The notes below the pieces were generated by a model. The model made no database searches. It was not told the DNA's origin and saw only the letters and a program-made list of their open reading frames with translations. A stretch of DNA of 64,000 bases, filler included, from Basidiobolus ranarum (lineage: Eukaryota): assembly GCA_040143965.1 (NCBI GenBank). It is 41 parts of 41 records of this genome, joined end to end, with 100 filler letters (N's around TTAATTAATTAA, not from the genome) between each part and the next. Parts side by side here need not be neighbours in the genome. Positions count along the whole stretch, not along the records: positions 12,557 to 14,024 come from JASJQH010005090.1; positions 14,125 to 15,592 come from JASJQH010005091.1; positions 15,693 to 17,160 come from JASJQH010005092.1; positions 17,261 to 18,728 come from JASJQH010005093.1; positions 18,829 to 20,295 come from JASJQH010005094.1; positions 20,396 to 21,862 come from JASJQH010005095.1; positions 21,963 to 23,429 come from JASJQH010005096.1; positions 23,530 to 24,995 come from JASJQH010005097.1; 33 more parts are not named here. One strand, written 5' to 3'. The translations under genes were made by a program, and so were the position numbers. Below are positions 12,557 to 25,095 of this stretch, in pieces; positions within the stretch are counted from its first letter, which is position 1, and the number at the start of each line of letters is the position of its first letter.

Positions 12557-12778
12557 AATAAGCAATTGATGAAGAATTATCTACCAGCTGCAAGAAAACT
12601 GGCCGCAAGTATTGTCCTAGTGAAGGCGATCAACAATGGTGCCAACTACGGGAACTTACAGGAATGCTACGGTTGGTCTGAGTACTCTAATAACGTGACT
12701 GTCCATATTATTGAGGCTGAACATCATCAGTTGATGTTTGAACCACATGTTTCAAAAGTAGCCGAATACCTTCATTAA
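12557..12778 (+). CDS. C-terminus of an NRPS/PKS-type thioesterase domain
   Basis: YGWSEY..VTVHIIEAEHHQLMFEPHVSKVAEYLH* fits the type I TE tail (GW...H..M...PHV..LA) with its catalytic His. Confidence 0.75.
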   Translation, partial: NKQLMKNYLPAARKLAASIVLVKAINNGANYGNLQECYGWSEYSNNVTVHIIEAEHHQLMFEPHVSKVAEYLH

Positions 12779-13824
12779 TTTATCATGTCATTAACATCAC
12801 CAAAAAAATCTTCTCAATCTTGAATAACTCTTTGTTATTTGAGACTTGAAGAGATCATCATTTGATCAATTTGAAAACTTTAAATAAATGGCATTCATGA
12901 TTAATTCGCATTAAAAGTAGATATTACTATTTAGCATACTAAGTTGTTAACCATTAAAAAGGTAAAAAAATTACGAGTTTCATTTCATATTTCTATTTGT
13001 CATTTGCAACGCGCATGGCAGTATCCATCCAAGATTGCATTACGTAACCATCATTTGATAAGAAAAACCCATGATAATATTGACGTAAGCAGTAATAGGT
13101 AGATCTTTCTTATATTGTGGTCAATATTCACAGTCCAATCAAGAATGACCCATGAAAGCCATGTTTGATTTGCATCATAAAGCTAGGCTGGTATTGTTCC
13201 AGATTAATTATCTTGATATAGAATGATGTATTAATATCCTCAAACAGATCCAACGGATGACTGTTAAACATAATGATGAAACCAGATCTACGATATACAA
13301 TTAACACTTGAGAATATCTCTGATAACCCTTGCTCATTTAAAGTTACCGTTGACCAAGGTGAAGGTGTAAATTGAGATTATGAAAAGATAGTGGCCAACA
13401 CAACAATATATATCCACCCACTTCGAGCATTATTAGTTGTACCACTTTACCCCTTCTTTCAAATCTAAATTATGACAACTTAATACAGACCAGTATAGAG
13501 ATGTATTACGATTGGTAGGTAGGAAAGAGATTTTATTAGTGGGAAGGAATATTCACTTCAATATGAGAAGTGGTAATCAAAAAGCGGAAACGATCAGTAA
13601 CAAGGGGTTGTCAAGATGCGAAATGCAACACAAATGCAATAAGTGCTAATAAAACTGGAAAAGTGACAACAAAATGGAACCCCAAGAGGAATAGGATGGT
13701 TTTTTACTTGGGTTCAAGCAAAACTGGCAACTGTTGCTAGTATTTGTGTTGAGAGAAGGAAATACATAACAATTTACTGCCTGATGAAAATAAGTTAGAA
13801 CTACGTTGACACCATTGCGCTGAT

Positions 13825-14022
13825 TCATCTTCCGTCACTCAAGTCTTCTTCTGCGGTAAAGAAACTTGTAATAGAACCATTACTTTGTAACATTTTTGTG
13901 GAATCATCGGGCTTCACTGGGCCAAACTCAGATAAATCCCTATTTCCTTGATTTTTACCGAATGTACTGTATCTCTTACGGGAACTCTTAGGTATCTGAC
14001 GACCAGATGAGTCAGGATGAGT
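13825..14022 (-). CDS. Possible last exon of an unknown protein (THPDSSGRQ...SFFTAEEDLSDGR*)
   Basis: 66-codon frame open from the contig edge, with normal CpG content and no repeat homology in the window. Confidence 0.45.
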   Translation of the reverse strand, partial: THPDSSGRQIPKSSRKRYSTFGKNQGNRDLSEFGPVKPDDSTKMLQSNGSITSFFTAEEDLSDGR

Positions 14023-14304
14023 GGNNNNNNNNNNNNNNNNNNNNNNNNNNNNNNNNNNNNNNNNNNNNTTAATTAATTAANNNNNNNNNNNNNNNNNNNN
14101 NNNNNNNNNNNNNNNNNNNNNNNNCATCATCTTATGAATGTGCAATAATCTCTAAAAGTACTTTTCTGAAATATATAACATAAGTAAAATAAACTGTTTC
14201 CAAATTGATAAATAACATCATGCCGGATAGTGCCCAATCATGCTAATTTGTGCTGGCACACTTTTTAGCTGGCCTGATCTGGCTCCATAAAATGGAACAA
14301 GTCT

Positions 14305-15592
14305 CTTCTTTAAACCTGTAATAAAGTTTTTCATATCCAATTATAAAATCTTTGCAGAGTTGCTGTATCTGCCTGAGATCTGCCAATGTGAGTTGATGCC
14401 TTAAGAATATATTAATAATATCCACAAACAACTCCCAATGTTGCCAATACATATCAGGCAGATATCTTTTCAAAATTCCACTTGAATATATACAAATCCA
14501 ATACCCCCAGTCTTTGCATTTGAATAAATGCTCAGATGAGGGGATATTGATAGGAGTCCTGGTAAAATATGATGATATCTTGCCATTTTCAAACATTTTC
14601 CCATTTGATTCAAACTTTGATCCTATCTCAAATGGCTCATTCAAATCAAATTTTCCACTATATAGCTGAGTAAGTAGTATTGGAATGTTGTTGAATAGTA
14701 AGTTCATAGTGCCTAATGGGAAGCTCTGGCTCCAGCTGATCCCCTTTAACAATATAATCTTAGGCTTATGGCTAATACCAAGTTTGATGTTAGCCTTATT
14801 ATTTGGTGAATTGATATCAGTGATCATATTGAAATCTGACCGGGCTCTTGATGGTAAAATCATGAAGTTTAGTGTTTTATTTGGATAGTAGTAATGCATA
14901 TGCCTGTTAGAGTAAACTCCATTGATTTGACAAAATCTACAGCAAGTTAGTGCATTGTGCCCACAAAAACCTCCAAGTTTACTGATGGCAGGATTGTCAC
15001 CAATACATACAATGATATTAGCTTTAATGAAACATTTGCTCATCTGAACCCCATTAGATAACCATTCAAATATACTGCTCAGAAGGGGGAAGATTTAAGT
15101 TGATTAAAATTGTTGGCCAGCAAGCCTTTCCAATGATATATTTGTTTAGTGAGAAACCATCCAGAGCCAATGCAAATGCATGATCATACATGCTCTCAAA
15201 GAAACCTTTACTTTTCAGATTCTGGTAGTGACATCCATTAAGTATATTGGTAATACCATCAGCTTTATGGTGAGTACTTTGGTATTGAGTCAATGATCTA
15301 TATTTGTGTGATTTCATCAAAACTTTAATATGGGGAATCAATGGTATGTAAGCCAAATATGAACAATATTTACCTGATTCAGTGATTGCAAATTGTGTGC
15401 AAACAGTACATGACTTCTGGTTTTTCAGATCACTGGTGAAAGCCAAACAACCATTTGGACATGAAGTAGTTTAATTACTGAAGGATTATATGTCATATGA
15501 TTGACAAATGTTTTCCACTTGTACCCGGTCTGTGGCAAGCAACATTTGCCAATCAACTGTAGTAAAAGTGTAAGAAAACTAATAAACACCTG
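14305..15592 (-). mobile_element. CACTA/EnSpm Tnp2-type (Transposase_21-like) transposase pseudogene
   Basis: LALDGF, CWPTILINLNLPP, GDNPAISKLGGFCGHNALTCCRFC and FPLGTMNLLFNNI motifs, with frameshifts. Confidence 0.9.
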
Positions 15593-17320
15593 NNNNNNNN
15601 NNNNNNNNNNNNNNNNNNNNNNNNNNNNNNNNNNNNTTAATTAATTAANNNNNNNNNNNNNNNNNNNNNNNNNNNNNNNNNNNNNNNNNNNNATTTCAGA
15701 TGTTTAGCAATTTTTCCACCATTAGTTTGCTGGTAAAGCATATTGATGTTGTTGAGTTATGTCTGATCAGTCAAATATGTGCATATGTAGAGACTAAACA
15801 CAATGAGATTCTTGTATTTTTTGATTCTCATTATGGCAGGAATACAAAGCCTAAAATATCTAAATAAAGGCATGCATATTAATTCAAATTCCTATTTTAG
15901 AGTTTTGTCATGATAAAAGCAATCTGACACATAGAATGTGCTAAGAAAGGTCCAAGAATATTTGTGTAAAGTTTGGGGCTTCTAGCATAAGTTTGAAGAA
16001 TCTGAATATCTGAGAACTTCAAAGTTGGTAATAATATTGTAAGTAAATTCTGATTGAGAATAATGGTTATATCATAGTGAAATATATGATAACTAAGTAC
16101 TAAGCTATATATGAAAATATAGGTGCTTAGTCAATGCTAATGTCAATAAAAACATTAAGATACATTGTATTTTACCAACATTTTCACAGGTGAACCATTC
16201 AGAGACATGAATCCAAGAGGAGGATTGTGCAAATGGGATTGAATCATTGTTAATAAGTTTTCTGATAAAAAACTACAGGAATCCTATCAGAATACCATTG
16301 GGTAATCCATGCAAAAGTAGCCAAAATCCAAGTTGATGGCATTATTCTGGCTTTTTGATGGTTTTCTGCTCATTTGTTCATAAGCAAATGCAGGTCATCC
16401 AAAATTAATTTTCATAGGGATATAAATGCAAATATAATGATGTTTATTGAATATACAGTTGAAGTGCTGTAATCAATGCTCTAGCCAAAATTTGAGAGTT
16501 CCTGTTCAAATATATAACACATAGGAATTAAATCAGTTGTTTGGCAGTGTTTTAAAATAAATTTCTATGGATGCTGAATGGCACCATTCCAACTGGGCTA
16601 AAGTTTGTAGCAGACAAGTGATATATCTTTGCTGGAAAACTCAAGATGCATTTACAACTGCCATGATTAGAAGCGGATGCATATTTAACATTGAAAATGT
16701 TAGGTTAGGCATCTAAGTTGTTGATTAATAAATAGAGAGAGCAACTGGTAAGAGTAATGAGGAGCTGTTTTATTCAAATATGCTACATTGATTTTCTGTA
16801 ACTAAATTGACAGTATCTAGTTGTATATATTCATTGGGCTCTAATATTCTATTCTTATTCAAAGCATAGATATATCTCATCATGCCCAACATTACTCTAG
16901 TTATAGTCTGTATTCCTGACAATACGGGCACTTCATTATTTCCTATTTTATAGTATACAATTAAAAAACTCCATAATAAGGATAAACAAACAGGTTGAGA
17001 CTAAAATCAGTATTCCTGAGGTGTAACTTCATCCTTTGACAGTTTCTTTGTCTTTGGCAACTATTTGACATATTCATGATTGTACTTGAATTTCTGTTAG
17101 GGTTTTAGGAATGTATCTATCATTACTTTAGCAAATTGATATGCACACCTGATTCATTATNNNNNNNNNNNNNNNNNNNNNNNNNNNNNNNNNNNNNNNN
17201 NNNNTTAATTAATTAANNNNNNNNNNNNNNNNNNNNNNNNNNNNNNNNNNNNNNNNNNNNTCTTGGTTTACTTAAACTTGGCAAAACATCCCTGTTTTGC
17301 AAAAGAGTAGGTGGTAATAT

Positions 17321-17638
17321 TGTTGAAATTAGCATTGCCTAAACACCTATATAGTCATATATAGCTTAGCAATTAGTTATCTTATATTCATCTAAGAGAT
17401 TACCCATTATTCTCAATTGCAATTTACTTAGAGGTTTTCAGATATATAAATTTTTCAGACTTGTGCTACAAGCCCCAAGCCTTACAGGGACCTCCCTTAA
17501 CACATTGTACATGTTGGCTTGTTTACATCTTGACCAAGCTATGAATGTCAACTCTATACTTAATGAATCAATATTTGAAAACCACCAATTTCTCTAATTC
17601 TATCAACCACTTACAACAGGCTCCCATATACTTTAACA
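17321..17638 (+). mobile_element. Solo copia LTR (family C) with 5-bp TSD AATAT
   Basis: TGTTGAAATT...CTTTAACA flanked by AATAT at 17316-17320 and 17639-17643. Confidence 0.9.
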
Positions 17639-18579
17639 AATATTGCATTAGTTAGCATGGACTATATGTAATTTAATTGAAATGACTTTACTTGCAAATT
17701 TCAATACCTATAGACATGTAAAGAAATTAAGCTAAGTAATTAGTTTTTAAAGCTAGGTATTAATATATATTCTACCATATACATCTTAAAAGTATTGTAA
17801 GGCCAACTGAAAGCATGTGTATATTGATTGACTATATATTTTAAAACTTAATTTTAGCTTGGTAATGTATATATACTTGTTAAAGTACAACAAATAGAAA
17901 ATATATGAAATGAAATGAAAGTAAATAATCAGCAAAGATTTAAAAATTGCAAAAGGTTACAAATTTAATAAAGGTGATACAAGTAAGAAAGTACATGGTA
18001 ACAATGTTATAAATGATTTCTCTTTCTTACTTGAGTTAAAGGTCAGAGCTCTAACCTTTGGAAAATTTAGGCAAGCCCAACTCTTCCTATATACTAGTAA
18101 GTTTTATGTATAGTGTGAGAAGAGTGTGTATGAGATTGTATACCCACACCCCCTATCTTCTTTTTATACTGGGAGGACTACATTCCCCAGACCCCCTCTT
18201 TTCATTCTTACCCTTACCAGAACATCTATACCTTAAGACCCAAACTTTGCATACATGTTCCTGGGACCTTCCTTAACACATTCTAGATGTCTATTCGTTT
18301 ACATCTTGACAAAACTGTAAATTTCAACTTTCTATCCAATAAATCAATAGGTGAAAACCACCATTTCTTCTAGTTCTCCAAACCACTTCCAACAAACTCT
18401 CAAAACACTTCATCAGCAACTTCATCTCCTAGTGAAAGATAACTTATGATAGAATTTTTCAATAAATGGAAATTAAAGAAAGTATCAGATAATGTGGATG
18501 TTTACCAATTCATTGAGCGGGTCACATATATATATAACATTAATTATTTTTGTTTTTTATACAATATATATACTACACT

Positions 18580-18726
18580 CTAATAATCAACCAAATATTG
18601 ACTGAAATATTGTCCGCGCTTTTGAGTCACTGGGTCAACATACTTGAGGACATCGTAAAGATCGATATGTGATGCTCCAGAGACGAGGAAAAGTTCTTTA
18701 GGTTCTTTGGCTTTCTGAATAGCCTT
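18580..18726 (-). CDS. C-terminus of an alpha/beta hydrolase (YcjY/COG1073-like); absent from the ORF track
   Basis: KAKEPKELFLVSGASHIDLYDVLKYVDPVTQKRGQYFSQYL contains the EPKEL..V.GA.H.DLYD catalytic-His motif. Confidence 0.75.
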   Translation of the reverse strand, partial: KAIQKAKEPKELFLVSGASHIDLYDVLKYVDPVTQKRGQYFSQYLVDY

Positions 18727-18899
18727 TTNNNNNNNNNNNNNNNNNNNNNNNNNNNNNNNNNNNNNNNNNNNNTTAATTAATTAANNNNNNNNNNNNNNNN
18801 NNNNNNNNNNNNNNNNNNNNNNNNNNNNCGTTAATCACTTGTAGAGTTACTTGGGCTCCATCTCAATTGTTTATCGAAGATATTTTATTTGAACGCTAA

Positions 18900-19439
18900 T
18901 GCAACCTCCGTATGCAATACGCAATATAGATATACAGGAATTGGTAACTCAAACTATCTTCTGCCTACATTTACTCCCTGAGACTATCATCTCTGACCAA
19001 TGGTCTCAGTTTGCTTCCAAATTCTAGAAAAGTCTTCTCCAAACCTTGGGTATCTCTGCCAATCTCTCCACTGCCTTCCATCCATAGCTGATAGTAAAAC
19101 AGAAATATTCTGTCAAGTTTTGGAAAAATATTTGTAATCCACTTTCAACTATGATCAGGATAATTGGATACAGCTCTTGCCCCTTGCTGAAGTTGCTTAC
19201 AACAACTCTTGGCATACCTTGACAAAATAAACTCCTTTCTTTGCAAATCATGGATCCCATTCTTGTTTCACAATTCACCCACCATCCATTCTACTTTACC
19301 CTGCTGCCTCAGACCATGCCAATTTTCTTAAAGATGTCAATAAACAATTAATATCTGAGTTGGAGCATGCTCAATCCCAATACAAGAACTTTGTTGATAA
19401 GAAAAGAAAGTCAAGCTCAGTCTCAAGGGAGGAGATTGT
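18900..19439 (+). mobile_element. Decayed gypsy integrase interrupted by a CACTA-like end A
   Basis: Homologous to the reverse complement of 2710-3041. Homology breaks at CCCTAACA (19440). Confidence 0.85.
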
Positions 19440-20295
19440 CCCTAACAAAAATAAAATCAATTTTATCTCAATTGAATCCACCCTCCAATATAGCAAAACC
19501 GTCAGAGAACCATCACAATATTGTTGGCTTGCATTCTGCCAGGGATTTTGATGGTGTGATGGCAGCTTCTTGACAGTATCTTAACAGTGTTCATCCATGT
19601 TAAAATATTGATCCTCAAATTTGGCATGCGTTATTCAATATCCTGCAATTTTTGCAAAAATATAATTTTTGAATGGCAAATTAGTGGGTTTACTGCTTTG
19701 AGAATTTGAATTAATATGCATGCCTTTATTTAGATATTTTAGGCTTTGTATTCCAGCCATAATGAGAATCAAAAAATACAAGAATCTTGTTGTGTTTAGT
19801 CTCTACATATGCACATATTTGACTGATTAGACATAACTCAACAACATCAATATGCTTTACCAGCAAACTAATGGTGGAAAAATTGCTAAACATCTGAAAT
19901 TTTGAATAGCACTGACACTTGGCAAATAGCTGACTCTTGTTACCGTTCACAATGAGAATAAGCTCTTGGATTTTGGCAAATTTCCGTAAAGAATTCAGCC
20001 AATATATCCCTGACTTGCAGTCAACAAATGTCCTGCCACAAGTAGATGTGTCATTGCTTGAATAGATTACCCCATGGCTAAAACAATAATACTGCGTATC
20101 TCCATCTATCTCACCAAGAAGTCTGTCTTGCAGCTTTCCTAAAAATACCATCAGATTATCACACAAGCAAATTAGTCCAATTATAAAGGTACTTACTCTG
20201 TGTCCATGGATTGGGCTTTGTTGCTGTAATTGTGCTCAAACAATGCAAAAACCCATGAGCATGTTGAAAAGAGCTCTTTGTTGGCAGGTTAATAT
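19440..20295 (-). mobile_element. CACTA-like end A with 146-aa ORF (probable transposase C-terminus)
   Basis: Terminus CCCTAACAAAAAT. ORF 19726-20166 is shared with 29944-30400. Confidence 0.75.
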
Positions 20296-20395
20296 NNNNN
20301 NNNNNNNNNNNNNNNNNNNNNNNNNNNNNNNNNNNNNNNTTAATTAATTAANNNNNNNNNNNNNNNNNNNNNNNNNNNNNNNNNNNNNNNNNNNN

Positions 20396-21862
20396 ATAGA
20401 TTTACCAGCAAGGATACCTTACTGCTGGACGGGGCGATCAATCCATTATTCCAACAGCAAATAGAAGATATCATGCGTCTACAAGACGTGATCATCGATT
20501 TCCCAGCTATAGACACTCGCTCGAGTAGTGTCACTAACACTGTGTATGTCAGTATTCAGGGGAAATCGAATCAAGTGGAAGTAGCTCGCCTAGAGCTTGT
20601 CAAACTGACAGCAATTGCGGTAAAGATCATCGGTAAACGAAATGTATAATTGCTTATTTGCTGACATCTATAATCTATTAAGGACAAGTTACATGTCGAG
20701 GAAGTTGAGATATCTAACCAGTTGATCAACATCATATGTGGTGTCAAAAACGTCTATATCAATGCAATCGAGAAAGCTACTAATACTAAGATTCACCTTC
20801 CACGCTACTATGGTAACTTGCTAGATACCCATTCACTCGACAGCCTTAAAAGCACAATATTGGTTACCGGAGAGGTGTCCAGCGTCTCCAAGGCTGTTGA
20901 AATGCTTCATTCCAAAATTCAACAGGCGGCAAGTAGCATTACTCATACATGACGCAAAGATGATGGCATATTTATTATTTGTATATTAGGAATGTGATGT
21001 TGTCTCTCGTCAATTTCCACTTCAGCCTCGAAAATTGGATTGGCTGCCCATCTTGAAGTACCAAGATCTATTAAGCGTGATGGAGGACAACGGTACATCC
21101 ATTTTGTTTCCGCCTGTAAACTCCAAAAAGTCCTTTGTTACCATTTATGGGAAAAATGAACGTGAAATCCTGCGCACCATTATTGGAATCACTCACATGG
21201 TAACTTGGTTTTAGTTGCAATTGTAATGCTATGTTGCTCATCGATTTTGATAGACTAGTGATGTGTTCTCAGGATGGCTGTGGCTTGAAAATAACATTCC
21301 AAGTAGTCAACCCATCCAATTACCCGCCCAGCATCAAATGAACGAGATGATATTCAACATCTGTCAGACATCCGGCGCTGAGATAAAATACCAGAATTAT
21401 TGCTTTGAAATATTTGGTCAGCCCAAACCTTCCAAGGATGCCTTTAGAGCAATAGAGAAGGAATTTGCATTCAAGGTAATTCATTCTACTGTCTCGTGTG
21501 TTTTACTTCAACTAATCCATGCATCTAGCTATTCCAAAAGGAATGCAAAGCTCAAATCGAATTGTCCACCGAACATCGAGAGTTCATTAGTGGCAAGAAA
21601 AATGGCAAAGTCAACAAAATCATGAAGATCTCCAATGTAAAGATCGGATTTGAGAACTTTAACGATCACACTTTCTTCATCAACGTTTACAGCCCTCAAT
21701 GCTCCAAAACGCTAAATGGAATTGAGCTATTGCAGGTAGAAAGATCTATCATCCTAGTCCATTCTCTACGCACTTGCTAACTGATTGTTTAGGAGGAACT
21801 GCCCGCCGAGTTATCTTTCTTTGTGCCCGAAACGTATCACAAACGTATTATTGGTGTGGGAG
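20396..21862 (+). CDS. Fungal multi-KH-domain RNA-binding protein (YLL032C/Mug60-like), internal part; introns 20620-20682, 20929-20989 (GC-AG), 21200-21253, 21476-21528, 21736-21792
   Basis: The spliced frame is continuous: PRKLDWL..VMEDNGTSILFPP, EHREFISGKKNGKVNKIMK, EELPAELSFFVPETYHKRIIGVG. Several introns have CTAAC/CTAAT/CTGAC branch motifs. Confidence 0.9.
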
Positions 21863-21962
21863 NNNNNNNNNNNNNNNNNNNNNNNNNNNNNNNNNNNNNN
21901 NNNNNNTTAATTAATTAANNNNNNNNNNNNNNNNNNNNNNNNNNNNNNNNNNNNNNNNNNNN

Positions 21963-23429
21963 GTACCAGGTCTGTGGCAAGCAGCAGTTGCCAAACAACT
22001 GTGGTAAAAGTGCACGTAAACCAATAAACACCTGGTTGCTAAGATTGGATTGAACTCTCCACTCCTCAATAATCAAAGCTGCTTCCTTTACTGTAAGTGT
22101 TATGAGTTGACTATATTTGCTGATAGCAAAGAGTCCATAACAAAACTGTTGTCTTCTTCTTCAACTTCTGATATACTCCCATTGGAACTGGAATAACCAA
22201 GGTCAACATCTAGCAGCAAGTCCTCATAGTTGTCTGGACTTACTGGTTTGACCAAAGTTGCATTTTGACCTACATCATTGTGGTCATATAACTGTGGTAA
22301 CTCCATGGTATCTTGACTTTTGGCAGTGTTACCAAAATGTTGAGGCAAAGTATGGTCAGTGGCCTCAATGAGCAAAACTAAAGTCAATTTAGTGTACTTA
22401 TTACTGCTGTTATACACCAGGCTTTGTGCAGCTGGTAGCTTTATACAGTGACTGTGCTTGTGATTATTTTTTCTATGAAGCCTCTGGCTTTCATAGTGCA
22501 AGAATTTGCAACAATAATAGCAGGGCTTCATTAAACATTTGTGTTACAACATGAGAAGGATGTTGTGGAAAAAACAACATCTCCCACATAAGGGTGGTAT
22601 TTTAGGTATAGCCCATCAATATCATTAGCTGATTCTGAGACAATGTCACAGATGAGTCATCAGCGGATTTACACAATATTTCCAGTAATGGATGGCAATT
22701 TTGGTTTATTATAAGCTGTTTCTAAGCAATTTTATTACATCAAGTTTACCATCTGAAAATTTCAATGCCATTCAAAAAGCATTCAAAATCGAAGTCAAAA
22801 TTGGCTTCCAAGCCAAAGCCTGCTGGCACAAAAGGAAAAAAAACAGCAAGAACACAGGACTTAATTGATGAGCAGTCTAGCAATCCACTATCCACTTTGG
22901 AAGGTATTAACATGCCAGAAACTAACTCAAGTAATGATGAAGCATTAATCAATTTACCAGATGTGTTCCTTTCCAGTGATAGTGCAAGTGAAGAGATTGT
23001 TATCCGACAATTACGCAGTAAAGGAATAGTTAAGTAAAGTTCAACCAAAACACCATCAAGCCCAGCAATTTCCAAAATGGCTTCTGTGCCCACTATTAAA
23101 CAACCCTCCACAGAAAATTTGCATAGAATTATTACAACAAGGGAATTGAAGGCAGAGCACCGTGATGATTTGCATGCAATCATAAGCAAAAACTACAAAG
23201 TTGCTAGCAGGCCATGACAAGTAATAATGCCACAATTTTGCAATAATGCTGCATTTGGAAGCAACTAGTCAACAGTTACAGAGTCACTCAACAATGATAC
23301 AAGACCTTCAGAATGCTTTACTTGAGCTACAGCAACATGCTACTCCCTCCGTCCATTCTCATATGGGATTTCAATCAATCCCACACCATACATATAAATG
23401 TCACCATGACAATCTAGCAGAGCAGAATA
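21963..23429. mobile_element. Centre of the CACTA-like element: transposase N-terminus (-, from 22531) head-to-head with ORF2 (+, from 22765)
   Basis: 21963-22035 overlaps the Tnp2 contigs (15520-15592, 53100-53127). The minus ORF starts with a Cys/His cluster. ORF2 MPFKKHSKSK matches 11487 and 30906. Confidence 0.75.
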
Positions 23430-23529
23430 NNNNNNNNNNNNNNNNNNNNNNNNNNNNNNNNNNNNNNNNNNNNTTAATTAATTAANNNNNNNNNNNNNNN
23501 NNNNNNNNNNNNNNNNNNNNNNNNNNNNN

Positions 23530-24204
23530 TGTTTGGTAGGTGTCTTTCAAGACATTCTATACCTTGTTGGCAGTTTTAGCACTTGAACATTGAATTAGCA
23601 ATTTGTCTTTAACATTAAGACATATTGTGTTAAAGGCACTTTGTTATTTTTTAACCTTAAGTAAAACCTTGGTTTCAGAAAGTTTTGCATTGCTTTCTTG
23701 TCCCACAACAGTGTCCCAAAGTCCTTTTTCTTGCAGCAGCATTTTCATTTTAATTTCAAAACTTGATAATTGGTTTCATCCAATTTTTAGAAGAGGGAAA
23801 AGTTCCATAAATTTGAGCAGTAGACATTACAGAGAGTACAAGCTTGGGGCTCATAACCTGTTAAAGTATTTGGGAGCCTGATGGAAGTGGTTTGGAGATT
23901 TAGAGGAGTTTGTGGTTTTCACTTGTTGATTTATTGAGTGGAAAGTTGACATTTATGGTTTTCTCAAGATGTAAACAAACTAATGTGTAGAATGTGTTAA
24001 GAAAGGCCCCAGAAAAATGTGTAAAAAGTCTGGGGCTTCTGGCACAATTTTGAAAAATCTATATATCTAGAACTTCTAAGTTGGTAAAATATTCCCATTA
24101 AATTCAGATTGAGAATAATGAATAATATTAGAGTGAATTATAAGGTAACTAAGTACTAAGCTATATATGACTATATAGGTGCTTAGGCAAAGCTAATTTC
24201 AACA
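23530..24204 (-). mobile_element. Copia 5' LTR (family C, 23859-24204), PBS (23846-23858) and gag start
   Basis: On the minus strand the LTR end ...TTTAACA is followed by GGTTATGAGCCCC, then KMKMLLQEKGLWDTV. Confidence 0.85.
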
Positions 24205-25095
24205 ATTATGACCAAGATATATATCAGACTACCAACTATATACTGATTAGAATCTTTGAAAACTATAGACCAACACATGTGCAGAAAATGTAACTGAAAT
24301 TTAATGCATTCACCACTTAAATGCTATTTTGTCACCATAAAAATCCATAATTTCTTTGATATATTCTTCTGAATATTTTTGTAGAGTTCTTCATTTCCAA
24401 GGTCTAGCTCCTATCCAACACAAGTTTATATCAATATCTCCATCAAAGCCCACCATTGCACTAATGTTGCTGAATCAACATTCTTCCAGCTGTCTGGTGG
24501 ATACCCTGCAATATAGTTCCACTCTGTATTAAGTTCTTCCCAGATATCTGCATGGTCCACAGCAAACTGAATGTCAAGTTGAAAGTTCATCTTCTGAAGC
24601 CACTTTCTGCATACTGGCACTGCATTTTCCCCTTTGTACTTGTGAAAATACTCCTCAAGCACTTTTCCTACTTTTTACAACCTGGTAGTGTGACACTACT
24701 GAGTATGCTAGGCAGTATTTTGGTGGCTTATTGCTTGCCTTTAAGTTTGAGGCTCATTTGGACACTTTGAAAAGTACTACCTGAGGTTGGAGAGCCATGA
24801 GTTTTATATGCAGGTGTTTTGGCTTGTTCAGAGGTGCCAGGTGTTGGATAAACATCCAAATTTAGCAATCTTCAAATTGGTCTACCTGGATCCATGGTGA
24901 AGTTAAGCTTTTTTGCCAGTATATCTGACTCTGGAAATGCAGATCTTTGCAATGTTGCAAAGAATTTGGTAAGTGGGACAGTAGAGCCTAAAGTCNNNNN
25001 NNNNNNNNNNNNNNNNNNNNNNNNNNNNNNNNNNNNNNNTTAATTAATTAANNNNNNNNNNNNNNNNNNNNNNNNNNNNNNNNNNNNNNNNNNNN

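Noticed and set aside
16200-17160. Possible LINE RT remnant on the minus strand
   Set aside because: CpG-poor and repeat-like, but I could not recover a convincing motif by eye.
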